From Octopus vulgaris (Eukaryota), in contig OX597823.1 in NCBI GenBank assembly GCA_951406725.2, forward strand, positions 102,486,001 through 102,550,000: a DNA stretch of 64,000 bases, written 5' to 3'. The stretch's first letter is position 1. Every line of letters starts with the position of its first letter. This document shows positions 1-11,746 of the stretch, in pieces. The notes below the pieces were generated by a model. The model made no database searches, had not been told where the DNA came from, and saw only the letters and a program-made list of their open reading frames with translations. A program made the translations under genes and the position numbers.

Positions 1-194
1 TATATATTATATATTATATTAATTATATTTATATTATTTGCTATTTATGTATTGGTTTATGTCTATCACTGTTTGAGTTGACTAATAGTGGTTTTATCTC
101 TAGTTCATATTTTACATATTTATACAGTGAAATTTGATTTAATCCTAAATCTAATTTTTCCCTGTTAGTTTGGAGCCATACTCCCTAATATTAC

Positions 195-235
<41 letters not shown>

Positions 236-295
236 GTACTGATCCGTGATAGAAAATTCAACAAAAAAGTACTCCATCTGATGAGAGATAAATTT

Positions 296-594
296 TATTA
301 TTTAAAGGTCACAATACATGCATTAAAATGCTACTAATTGTTTCATATGTTGAGAGAACTCAAGCATATTCTTCAGACGTAAACCACATATTACGAACTA
401 AAAGATTGAATAAATAGAAGAATGTTAGACTTTATATTGAGGGAAAAGGGAGGGGTGAACTAAATTTCCCTTGGCCTATTTTTGGTTGGTTATTATCCTG
501 ATTAATACTAGAGTGGTTATGTACTACTTTATCTTAGATGCCATTAGATCTATTAATAGTGCTTTAATACATGTATTGCGACCTTTAAATAATA
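296..594. mobile_element. Short element bounded by ~43-bp inverted repeats, containing the hammerhead motif (probable PLE pLTR fragment)
   Basis: 296-338 TATTATTTAAAGGTCACAATACATGCATTAAA... is the near reverse complement of 552-594. Confidence 0.45.
328..380 (-). ncRNA. Minimal type-I hammerhead ribozyme-like motif
   Basis: Minus strand: acgu-CUGAAGA-AUAUG(C)UUGAG-uucu-CUCAACAUAU-GAAAC-aauua-GUA-gcau. Intact core, 10-bp stem II, weak stem I. Confidence 0.6.
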
Positions 595-599
595 TATAT

Positions 600-1180
600 A
601 TCATCATCATCATCATCATCGTTTAACGTCTATTTTCCATGCTGGCATGGGTTGGATGGTTTGACTGAGGTCTGGAAAGCCAGTGGTTGCAACAGGCTCC
701 AATCTGATCTAGCAGTGTTTCTACAGCCTGATGCCCTTCCTAATGCCAACCACTCCGAGAGTGTAATGGGTGCTTTTTATGTGCCACCAGCACAGTAGTC
801 AGTCAGACAGCCCTGGCATCAATCACATTGATATAGTGCTTTTTACATGCCACCAGCATGGGAGCTAGTCAGGGGGCACTGGCATCGGCCAAATTCGGAT
901 GGTGCTTTTTGCATGCCACTGGTGCAGGGGCCAGTCAGGGGGTACTGGCAGCGACCACGTTCAGATGGTGCTTTTTACATGCCACCAGCACCACAGCTAC
1001 GATTTTGGTTTTACTTGACACAACAGGTCTTCTCAAGCATATCATATCACCTGATGCCTCAAGGATACTTTTGAATGGGCCGGACATGCAACACTGGCAT
1101 CAGCCATGGCTGTGATCCCACTTTAGTTGCCAGGTCTTCTTAATTACAGCATATCTCCAAAGGTCTCAGTCTCTTGTCAT
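600..1180 (-). mobile_element. 5'-truncated RTE LINE (ORF end, 3'UTR minisatellite, (GAT)n tail)
   Basis: (CAT)n at ~600-620 followed by the family 3' end; 66-bp repeat units at 769/835/901/967; minus strand at ~1125-1180 gives MTRD*DLWRYAVIKKTWQ, like the RTE ORF end at ~24110. Confidence 0.8.
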
Positions 1181-1197
1181 TATATATATATATATAT

Positions 1198-1352
1198 AGG
1201 AGTGGCTATATATATATATATATATATAGGCATAGGAGTGGCTGTGTGGTACCTTGGGCAAGCGTCTTCTACTATAGCCTCGGGCCGCCCAAAGCCTTGT
1301 GAGTGGATTTGGTAGACAGAAACTGAAAGAAGCCCGTTGTATATATGTATGC

Positions 1353-1390
<38 letters not shown>

Positions 1391-1574
1391 TTGTCCCCCC
1401 AACATTGCTTGACAACCGATACTGGTATGTTTACATCCCCGTAACTTAGCGGTTCGGCAAAAGAGACCAATAGATTAAGTACTAAGCTTACAAAGAATAA
1501 GTCCTGGGGTTAATTTGCTTGACTAAAAGTGGTGCTCCAGCATGGCCAGTCAAATGACTGAAACAAATAAAAGA

Positions 1575-1575
<1 letters not shown>
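1198..1575 (+). mobile_element. tRNA-derived SINE, family A (octopus-type, central microsatellite)
   Basis: GGAGTGGCTGTGTGGT...CCTTGGGCAAG...GTGAGTGGATTTGGTAGAC-(TG)n-...GACTGAAACAA; recurs more than 15 times in the window. Confidence 0.8.
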
Positions 1576-1625
<50 letters not shown>

Positions 1626-1663
1626 TGTATGTGTGTGTATGTATGTATGTATGTATGTATGTA

Positions 1664-1694
<31 letters not shown>

Positions 1695-2129
1695 GTGTGT
1701 ACATATGTATACATTACAGCAGTATCAGTACCTAGTAGTGTTAGGTATAAATGAACTTTAGATTAATTAAAAAATGTTTGTAACATATTTCAACTTTAAA
1801 AGGCAAAGTCACTGCAGTTACCACGGAGAAAAAATTTTCCCTTATGGCTAAAAGATATAAAAGCACCACATCTGTCCAGTGCTACCCCTGTTGGATTTCC
1901 AACTGTTTAGCCATTATCAATGGGAAATACCAAAGAGACGCAAGTTTAGACAGGCTTAATTAAAGTTACAGCTTTAACTAAAACACAGTCGACCACACTG
2001 ACTGAGTTGCACCATTAGACTGCCAGGCTGGAGCAATTACAGCAGTATCAGCACCAAGTGAACTTTAGGTTAGTTAAAATGTTTGTGATAAAACAAGATT
2101 CCACACAGTTTTTGTCTATTAAATTCAAA

Positions 2130-2682
2130 ATCAAATTCGATGACTGGCATTCGTACTAGCGGGGTGCAAAGACCTCCATATGAGTGTGATCGGTGACAGA
2201 GCGGTTAACCGGCTTCCGTGCCAATGGCACATAAAAGGCACCATTCGAGTGTGATCATTACCAGCGTCGTCTTACTGGCACTCGAGCCCTTTGCTAGTAG
2301 GGTATTAAGAGCACCATCCAAGCGTGATCGTTACCAGAGTGGCTATCTGGCCTCCATGCCAGTGGCATGTAAAAGACACCATTCGAGCGTGATCGTTACC
2401 AGCATCGCTTTACTGGCACCTGTGCCGGTGGCATGTGTAAAAGATTTGAGTGAGGTCGTTGCCAGTACTGTGTGACTGGCCCCATGCCGGTGGCACATAA
2501 AAGCATCCACTACACTCTCGGAGTGGTTGGCGTTAGGAAGGGCATCCAGCTGTAGAAACTCTGCCAGATCAAGATTGAAACCTGGTGCAGCCATCTGGTT
2601 CACCAGTCCTCAGTCAAATCGTCCAACCCATGCTAGCATGGAAAGCGGACATTAAACGATGACGATGATGATGATGATGATG
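2130..2682 (+). mobile_element. RTE LINE 3' fragment
   Basis: Minisatellite units, then ...CCAACCCATGCTAGCATGGAAAGCGGAC...(GAT)n. Confidence 0.8.
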
Positions 2683-3059
2683 AAATTCACTCACAAGGTT
2701 TTAGTTGACCCAGAGCTATAGTAGAAGACGATTGAGCCTAATGCAACATGGTTGCAAAGTAAGCTTCTTAACTACTCAACCATGCCTGTACCTTCTGCAT
2801 ATTATCATTCTTGAATCATTCTGTGCCATGTGGTGCATTGGTCCATTCATGCCCACCATGTTCTATTGTTTTCTTCAAAAAGTTTTTTTTAGTATTTCAG
2901 ATGAGGAGAAATTGCTAACCTCTTGCTCAATTCCCCTTCATTTGGTGAAAGGAAAGAGTAATCATGGCTGGCCCCTAGTACAATGTAATCAATATTGTGT
3001 GTGTGTGTGACAGAGAGAGAGAGAGTGCTAACCTTATTAAGTGACTGATACTTTATATA

Positions 3060-3458
3060 TTCTTTTCTACTCTAGGCACAAGGCCCGAAGATTTGGAGAG
3101 GGAGCCAGTCGATTAGATCAATCCCAGTACACAACTGGTACTTAATTTATCAACCCCCGAAAGGATGAAAAGCAAAGTCGACCTCAGCAGAATTTGAACT
3201 CAGAATGTAAAAACAGACGAAATACCTATTTCTTTACTACCCACAAGGGGCTAAACACAAAGAGGACAAACAAGGACAGACACACGGATTAAGTCGATTA
3301 TATTGACCCCAGTGTGTAACTGGTATTTATTTAATCGATCCCGAAAGGATGAAAGGCAAAGTCGACCTCGGTGGTATTTGAACTCAGAACGTAATGGCAG
3401 ACGAAATACCGGTAAGTATTTCGCCAGTGTGCTAACATTTCTGCCTACTTGCCGCCTT
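3060..3458 (-). mobile_element. Two tandem copies of SINE family B (Nin/Deu-domain-like core)
   Basis: The reverse complement contains GGCGGCAAGTAGGCAGAAATGTTAGCAC...GTCGACTTTGCCTTTCATCCTTTCGGG...AAATACCAGTT; the core occurs twice. Confidence 0.75.
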
Positions 3459-3759
3459 TGATATTTTATATATTCTATCAGAGAGACAAAAGACAAAGTT
3501 GACTTTTGTAGGATTTGAACTCTAAACATAAAGCATTGGAACAATTACCACAAGGCACTATTTATCCAGCACTTCTGTCATATTGCTACTATTATTTTGG
3601 TTTATTTAAGAAAAAGAGGGAAAATCTGATACAAATTAATAATTGAAACTAAAATAGATATTTTGCATGTCTCAGCCCTTCTTCCTCAAAGGGAAATAGA
3701 AACTAATGTTCTAGAATGCTTAAAACAATTCTTTCCAAAATCACAAAGAAGTACCCAAC

Positions 3760-4420
<661 letters not shown>

Positions 4421-5206
4421 TAAAGATACTTTCTTCAATACTATGCCCTCAGTTAAAAGATCTTGTCTTGGAAATTACTCGGTGGACTTGTTGGTGCTTG
4501 TACCATGTAAAAAGCACCTAAAACACTCTGTAAAATGGTTGGCATCAGGAAAGGCATCCAGCTGAAGAAACAATGTCAAAGGAGACAGTACAGCTTGACA
4601 CATTCCTCTCGTTTGCCAACTTTTATCAAACTGTCCAACTCATGCCAGCATAGAAAACAGAAGTTAAATGGTGATGATGATGATGATGATGATATATAAA
4701 TAAAACATAATGCTGGTGGCTTGTGGTCCAGTTGTGGCTGTGATGAAGCAGCAGCAGTCATTGTGACAGCAGGAAGTAGATTCTTGTGAACGAGGGTCTT
4801 GTTTCTTTTTCTTTTTACTTAAGTGGAGACCATGACACTTTGGCAACGTTATCAGACATTTAGTCATCCTCTTGATTTATTTGTTTTAGTACATTGTATA
4901 TGTTGTGGTTATTGTAACTGTTTAACCACAGGTTGACCCCAATTTCACAGATCTACGATTAAAACCATAACAGTAGTGACCATTCGTACCTTTACAATTA
5001 CAATTTGCGCTGCATCTGGAACCATGTCCTCCCAGTTCTTTTATAAGACAATAAAGTGTAATTTGAAAGATATTTGACTGCCATATCCAGCCGGGCCAAC
5101 CACCACATACAGACCTCATCCACATCAATGGTTCTCAATGTATCAAGTCCAAGTGTGAGATAAAATCCACTGCAATGTTGCTGTTAAATTGCTAATAAGC
5201 CACCCA

Positions 5207-5260
<54 letters not shown>

Positions 5261-5265
<5 letters not shown>

Positions 5266-5630
5266 ATATATAAACAGCAGTTTGTCTGTGTGTGTTTCTG
5301 TGTGTCTGTCAGGTTGTACCCTCACCCTGACCACGGCTTTCAACCGATTCTGATGAAACTTGACACACACATAGCCCAATGTCATAATTCAAAACTAACG
5401 CAGCGAAAATTTTGAAAAGTTCCCCCAGTTCTGAAAAAAAATCGATAAATTCGACATGGGGGTCGAGAATCAGAAACACAAACCACAGACTGTCTAGGGG
5501 ACGCAACTCGACCTTTTTAACTAAAAAAAAATTTACCATCATTTTTTTTCCATTTTTTGGCTATAACTCTCTAAAAATGCTTTATAGTTATTTCCCTTAC
5601 AAACCCGAGCAACGCCGGGCGATACTGCTA

Positions 5631-5631
<1 letters not shown>
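5261..5631 (+). mobile_element. Non-autonomous Helitron
   Basis: A|TCTCTATATATAAAC start; 3' hairpin CCCGAGCAACGCCGGG 8 nt before CTAG|T; no TSD; inserted in (TA)n. Confidence 0.8.
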
Positions 5632-5675
<44 letters not shown>

Positions 5676-5687
5676 TATATGTATATA

Positions 5688-5737
<50 letters not shown>

Positions 5738-5759
5738 TATATACATATATGTATGCATG

Positions 5760-5858
<99 letters not shown>

Positions 5859-5861
5859 GTG

Positions 5862-6090
5862 AAGACACATGGCTCAGTGGTTAGAGTGTTGTGCTCACAA
5901 TCATGAGGTAGTGAATTCGATTCCCGGACCGGGCTGTATGTTGTGTCCTTGAGCAAGGCACGTTATTTTCATGTTGCTCCAGTCCACTCAGCTGTAGATA
6001 TGAGTTGCGACATCACTGGTGCCAAGCTGTACTGGCCTTTGCCTTTCCTTAGGATAAAATTGATAGTGTCGAGATGGGAGGCTGCTCTGC
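5862..6090 (+). mobile_element. tRNA-derived SINE, family C
   Basis: A box TGGCTCAGTGG, B-box-like GAATTCGATTCC, then GTGTCCTTGAGCAAGGCAC; a related minus copy lies at ~46977-47229. Confidence 0.65.
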
Positions 6091-6094
6091 ATGG

Positions 6095-6555
6095 GTGAAG
6101 TCACAATCATTTAACATTGCAGCCATCACTTGTTGGAATATGGCAGGTGCCACTTTTACACCAAAAGGAAGCTGCTTGAATTTATACCATCCATAGTGTG
6201 TGTTGATTGTTAAAAGGTGTGCACAATCTTCCTCTGCCTGTATCTGTAGATAGGCCTCCGAGAGGTCTAACTTTGAGAAACTTTTTCCTCCATTTAGTTT
6301 TGAGAACGCTTCTTTTTGATTTGGTCATGGATAATTGTGTTTGAGTAAAGAGTCATTTAATCCAGTTGAAAAGTCTGCACCCACTCTTAGTTCATTATTT
6401 TTATTCTTTCCATAAACCATCGGAGCTTCCCAGCCTGAATGATCTACTTTTCCAACTCCGATAGCTGGACTTCCTAGCTTTTTATTGACCTGGTTCAATG
6501 CCACAAACAGCACATTCCGTTTGTGCCTAAAAACCAGTGTGGCCTTTTCTTTTCC
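6095..6555 (-). pseudogene. Ty3/Gypsy reverse transcriptase fragment (K02A2.6-like)
   Basis: Minus strand: KVDHSGWEAPMV...LRVGADFSTGLNDSLLKHNYP*...FSKLDLSEAYLQI...LLTINTHYGWYKFKQLPFGVKVAPAIFQQVM. Confidence 0.8.
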
Positions 6556-6559
6556 ACAA

Positions 6560-7620
6560 TCCTAGATATACTGAAAAAGAAATTCCCTTCAACTGGCTTT
6601 GGCCTCTACAGGGAAGATGCACTGGCAATATCAAGAGGGGGCTAACAGTCACATGCTAGATAAGCTCAGAAAGAACGTCAGAAATGCCATGAATTCCCTT
6701 GAACTGAAGGTCACTATAGAGACCAACCTGAAAACGGTAGATTTCCTGGACCTGGAATCAGGTGCCTATCAGCCCTTTAGGAAAACAAATGACAAGTTGT
6801 CACACAGGTTCCTGCCATCCAGCCACAGTGTTCAGAAACCTGGTTAAGGGCATCAGCAGGAGAATCTCCTGTTTGTCTTCAAGTAAAGAGATCTTTGATG
6901 CTTCCACCTCATACAGGGCTCTGGCTGCCATCAATTTCAAAGATAATAATAGTTACATGTCAGACCCTGATACCCCCCTCTCCCAAGAGAAAGCGCCACC
7001 GGAAAGTACTGTAGTTCACACTGCCATTTTCTTTAAATGTTAAGACCAGAGTAGGTAAAACGTTCCTTAGTTTAGTTGACAGACACTTCCCCGATACCAA
7101 TAGATTCAACAAAATATTTAATAGACATACCCTGAGATTATTCTTTAGCTGTGCACCTGGTGTAAAAAAAGATTTTAGTAAGTAGGTCCAGACCCAAGGC
7201 TGCATGAGGCAGGGGTAGCACAACTTGCCCACTAAATGGCCACTGCAATACAGAATCAGTTGTTTATGAGGCAGAAGTAACAACAACAGGACTCAATGGA
7301 CAACCAAGCATGCGGAAGTATGTGGGGTCAATGCAAGGCCCCATCAGAACCCACTTTGATAACCACAAGTCATCATTTGACATCTCAGAGAGACATGATG
7401 CCATAACCCTAGCCAAACATATCTGGACTTTGAAAGAAAGCACCACGGAGTACAGCATAAAGTGGAAGATCATAGAAAGATGCAAATAGTAACAGGAAGA
7501 GCAGATTATGCCTGGCTGAGAAAAGAGGGCAATTTTAAAAGGCACTCAATTCCCGGATGTTTACCTGAACAGCTGGAATGAAGTGTTTAATCTTTGCTTG
7601 TATGAAAGGAAGTACAGTCT
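6560..7620 (+). pseudogene. Penelope-like element: RT C-terminus/linker plus GIY-YIG endonuclease, frameshifted
   Basis: IETNLKTVDFLDL; HPATVFRNLVKGISRRISCLSS; NVKTRVGKTFLSLVDRHFP...KIFNRHTLRL; VVYEAEV...KYVGS...NHKSSF...LAKHIWTLKE...IKWKII; CLAEKRAI...LNSWNEVF. Confidence 0.8.
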
Positions 7621-8536
7621 ACCATATTTGCATGCCCTGCCATGACTGCAGTTTCTATTGTTAGATGCCATTCACAACACCAAACAATTTACAGGGTGCA
7701 CAGTTTTTGTAGCACCAGCACTACAGTAGTACCTTGCTCCCAACAAGTGTAAAGAGTCCTCTTAAACTCTGTTTTCTCTGCTTGATTTGCTAACCACTTT
7801 GCTGAATGTATTGGATGCATGTATTTATATAACAAAATATTCTTGTAAGTTGGTTTGTGTAATTAAAACCGTCAAAGTGATCAATTTGTGAAGAAATTAT
7901 CACATTACTGATATGAAAACATTTTAGATAAGACAAAGAGTGAGTTTGTTTGTCATTAACTAGGTATGTTGACAGTATGTAAATGCAATCGTATCATTAG
8001 ATATGTATGTGTGACTATATAGAAATATGTAAATATGTGTGTATGTTTCTGTACAAAGATAAGCTACACACATTCACATACCTACATATATACTTGTTAT
8101 ATACATTTATATATGAATATACACACACACACACAGACAAATATATATATATATATCACGTGATCACGTGACCGACCAGACTATCAGATGTTGTTACACA
8201 TCGCTGGTCACAATGCGTTCGCATTGTTTTAGCCTTTGAATGACGCCACCCCGCTGGCTAAGCGAGCAGGCCAATATATATATATATATATATATATGTA
8301 GCCATGTAACAAAACATGAATATGTGCAACTGTGTTTATATGTATATGTTTGTGTGATATCCAATTCAGCCAGGAAGCTAATTTATCTCTGCGTTTGTCT
8401 CAACAGACTACCATATTTGTATCCAATATATATGTTTGACAATGAATATGTGTATGTGTTTTTCTGTTCTGCACATGCATATTCATAGGTGTGCCTGTGT
8501 GTGAACATGTATTTCTAATTACATAGGAAATATATT

Positions 8537-9328
8537 ACTCTTACTCTTTTACTTGTTTCAGTCATTTGACTGCGGCCATGCTGAAGCACCACCTTTAGTC
8601 GAGCAAATCGACCCCGGGACTTATTCTTTGTAAGCCCAGTACTTATTCCATCGGTCTCTTTTGCCAAACCGCTAAGTGACGGGGACGTAAACACGCCAGC
8701 ATCGGTTGTCAAGCACTAGGGGGACAAACACACACACATACATATATATATATGTACATATATACGATGGAATATATCAATGGAATTTGTATCTTTGTGG
8801 TACCAGTGCCGGTGGCACACAAGAAAACCATCCGAACGTGGCCGTAGCCAGTAGCGCATCGACTGGCCTCCGTGCTGTGGGCACGTAACAAACACCATCC
8901 GATCATGGCCGTTCGCCAGCCTCATCTGGCACCTGTGTTGGTGGCACATAAAAAACACCATCCGAGCGTGGCCGTTCACCAGCCTCGTCTGGCACCTGTG
9001 TCGGTGGCACATAAAATCACCCACTACACTCTCGGAGTGGTTGGTGTAGAAACACTGCCAGATCTGACTGGCCTGGTGCAGCCTTCGGGCTCCCCAGACC
9101 CCAGTTGAACCGTCCAACCCATGCTAGCATGGAAAGCGGACGTTAAATGATGATGATGATGATGATGACAACAGGCTTCTTTCAGTTTCTGTCTACTAAA
9201 TCCACTCACAAGGCATTGGTCGGCCCGGGGCTATAACAGAAGACACTTGCCCAAGATGCCACGCAGTGGAACTGAACCCGGAACCATGTGGTTGGTTAGC
9301 AATCTACTTACCACACAGCCACTCCTGC

Positions 9329-9330
<2 letters not shown>
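8537..9330 (-). mobile_element. SINE family A split by an inserted RTE 3' fragment (+, ~8790-9168)
   Basis: SINE 3' half at 8537-8770 and 5' half at 9170-9330; an opposite-strand RTE tail ending in (GAT)n lies between them. Confidence 0.75.
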
Positions 9331-9378
<48 letters not shown>

Positions 9379-9429
9379 CCTATATATATATCGCCTATAT
9401 ATATATATCGCCTATATATATATATTATT

Positions 9430-9690
9430 ACTACAAAGACATGGTATGAAGTGGTCAGAAAGGATCTTCAGACACTGGGCCTCACTGAGGAAACGACAAA
9501 GGACCAGGAGATATGGGGATTTGTTGTACTTAGATGCATCAAGTTAAATCGCTGACTTCCACACACACAGATTTGTCCTTTCAGGTGCTGGTGCCATGTA
9601 AAAAACACCTGTGCCAGTGCATGTACCCATGCCAGTGGCATGTAAAAAGCACCCAGCACACTCTGTTAAGTGGTTGGCATTAGGAACGGT
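9430..9690 (+). mobile_element. RTE LINE fragment (ORF C-terminus plus part of 3'UTR)
   Basis: KTWYEVVRKDLQTLGLTEETTKDQEIW, homologous to RKTWDEVVKHNLRTFDLTEAMTSDRDLW at 24104-24307. Confidence 0.7.
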
Positions 9691-9999
9691 ATCCCATAAA
9701 TAAAGTGGTTTTTTCAATTGCATGAATGAAAAGTCAGAGGGGAGCAGATTAAACTACCTGCATCAACTTGCTATAAAAGCAGGTAAAAGAAAAAAGGCCC
9801 AATAAACCTAATAAACGAAAAGAGGGCTTGATAATTTTTAAAGAATTCGTTAACAAAAAATTTTATAAAGTAAAAAAAAAAACCTACAAATTATTTATTT
9901 TTTAAATTTTTATCTCCAAGTTTTATGCTTTTCAAAGTAAAAAGGACCCCAAAGCTTAGGGACTCCAAGATTGAGGGCCTTTGGGGCATGGCTTATATT

Positions 10000-11244
10000 G
10001 GCTCATACATAAATCCGACGTGGTCGCGTTGCATCTCGTCAGTTACATTTAGGACACACATGTTCGTGAACTGCCATGTCACTCACAGTATAGAATTCAA
10101 TTAGTCGGCAGCGCAGTTGAATACAAAACTGGGATATTCATCGTCGAAACCAACGCCGATCCATTTACTTTTTGGCTGCCAATGGGAACTGCTTATTATT
10201 TGAACAGTATATAACTTCCACTTATATTTGACTTTTTTATATTTGCTTCTTTTCCTTCAATCAAAACAATGAAACGATATCTATTTTTTTAATTTTTAAA
10301 ATTATTACTAAAGAGAAAATAAGGCAAAAAAATAAGACAGCTCCGTCAAAAACGTACCCCAGTTTCTACTAAGCACAAAGATAAAATATAAGCCGACAAT
10401 CTTTTTATATCATCCGAAACGAGAAATATTGATTTCTTCTTGATTGGGCACAACGCCAAGCCTTTTTTATTTTCTTTTTTCTTTAATAGGATGAATAGAC
10501 TCAGTTGAATCAAATCAGTATCCTTACAGGTACCTAATTACTCCGATATACCCGACAGGTAACGTTGATTCAACTGGGATTTTTATTTGCAGAAACAGGT
10601 GGCTTTGGAAATGAAATACTGAGAAGCATTCTTCAAGGCATTTGCCGAACACACCCTTCCGTAAAAGAAATATGTTTCTTTATTTTAAACTTGTTTTATT
10701 TACCTCATACGAAATTAATGAAATCAGCCTAGTAAGGTGATGCCGAAATAAATACAGTAAAACTAATCCAATTCAATGTTTTTACTGTCTCAATCATTTT
10801 CTATCGATCATAAACCAATGATTGATTTGTAAAGAACCTATCAGATTTGTCCAGCATATAAGGGATCCCCGGTAATTGACACAAGCAGCACTCCACTTCC
10901 TCTTACGTCGCTTCCTCCTACTCCCGCTGCCACCCTCTCTCTACTAAATACATTCCCTCCAACCACTCCTCTACCGTCTCTCTAACTCCTTCGTCGCTAT
11001 TCTTTACTCTCACTACTCCCCCTCTTTTTTTTTTTCCTCCCCATAGGCGGCCGTTGTTTAGTGTAACGAGGAGGTTTCTGTTGGTAGTCCGTAGTAGTAA
11101 TAATACCAATACTAGTAGAAAGGAACACACTAAACAATATATTATGGTACTACAATAGCGGCCGTTCACCCTAAGGAACTAAGGAAAAATTTTTTAAAAA
11201 ATAATAAAGGCCACAAACTCAAAGAAAGTATATATTAAAAGACA
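10000..11244 (+). promoter_or_regulatory. Putative promoter/5'UTR of the SMAP gene (CpG-retaining, SINE-poor)
   Basis: Visibly more CpG than the flanks and no recognisable SINE copies. Pyrimidine-rich tract ~10890-11040 with CTTCC (ETS-like) motifs, GCGGCCGTT twice, ACTACAAT at 11149. TSS not determinable. Confidence 0.55.
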
Positions 11245-11362
11245 ATGAGTACTCGACATGAAAAAGAACGTCAGCGAGCAGCGCAGGAGAAATACCAGGC
11301 TGTTCTATCGCAACTATTGAAGGATGAAGACAACAAATACTGTGTTGATTGTGATGCCAAAG
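11245..11362 (+). CDS. SMAP1: Coding exon 1 of a stromal membrane-associated protein (SMAP1/SMAP2-family ArfGAP)
   Basis: ATG at 11245 reads MSTRHEKERQRAAQEKYQAVLSQLLKDEDNKYCVDCDAK-G, matching the SMAP N-terminus (LL(R/K)EEDNKYCxDCxAKG, first CxxC of the ArfGAP zinc finger). The exon ends at AAAG|GTAGTG (phase-1 donor); read-through hits a stop within a few codons. An invertebrate copy is probably co-orthologous to SMAP1 and SMAP2. Confidence 0.9.
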
Positions 11363-11685
11363 GTAGTGTATAGGATATATAAATGTATATATATATATAT
11401 ATATGGTGTATGGGTTATATATACGTATATAGATGTCCGTATCATGTCAATCAGTTGCTTGCGTGTGTGTGTGTGTGAATATGTGTAAGTGATCGACAAC
11501 ACTCGTGAGATGGATGGGTTTCTTTTCTTCTACATTTTTTAAAAGTATACTTGCAATACACTCAGACATGTTACAGCCCTCTGAATGCATACACACACAC
11601 ACACACACACACACACATTCTCACACACATACACAAATGATGATTGTCACCTGCACTCCTGAGATTTCTCCATTCTGTAATATAA

Positions 11686-11746
<61 letters not shown>

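Noticed and set aside
769-995. CRISPR-like array (conserved ~24-nt repeat at a 66-bp period)
   Set aside because: The 'spacers' are homologous to each other, the repeats are degenerate, the array is part of a dispersed RTE 3'UTR in a eukaryote, and there are no cas genes.
5862-5935. tRNA gene
   Set aside because: The A/B boxes belong to a SINE head that continues into a SINE body; no full cloverleaf or acceptor stem.
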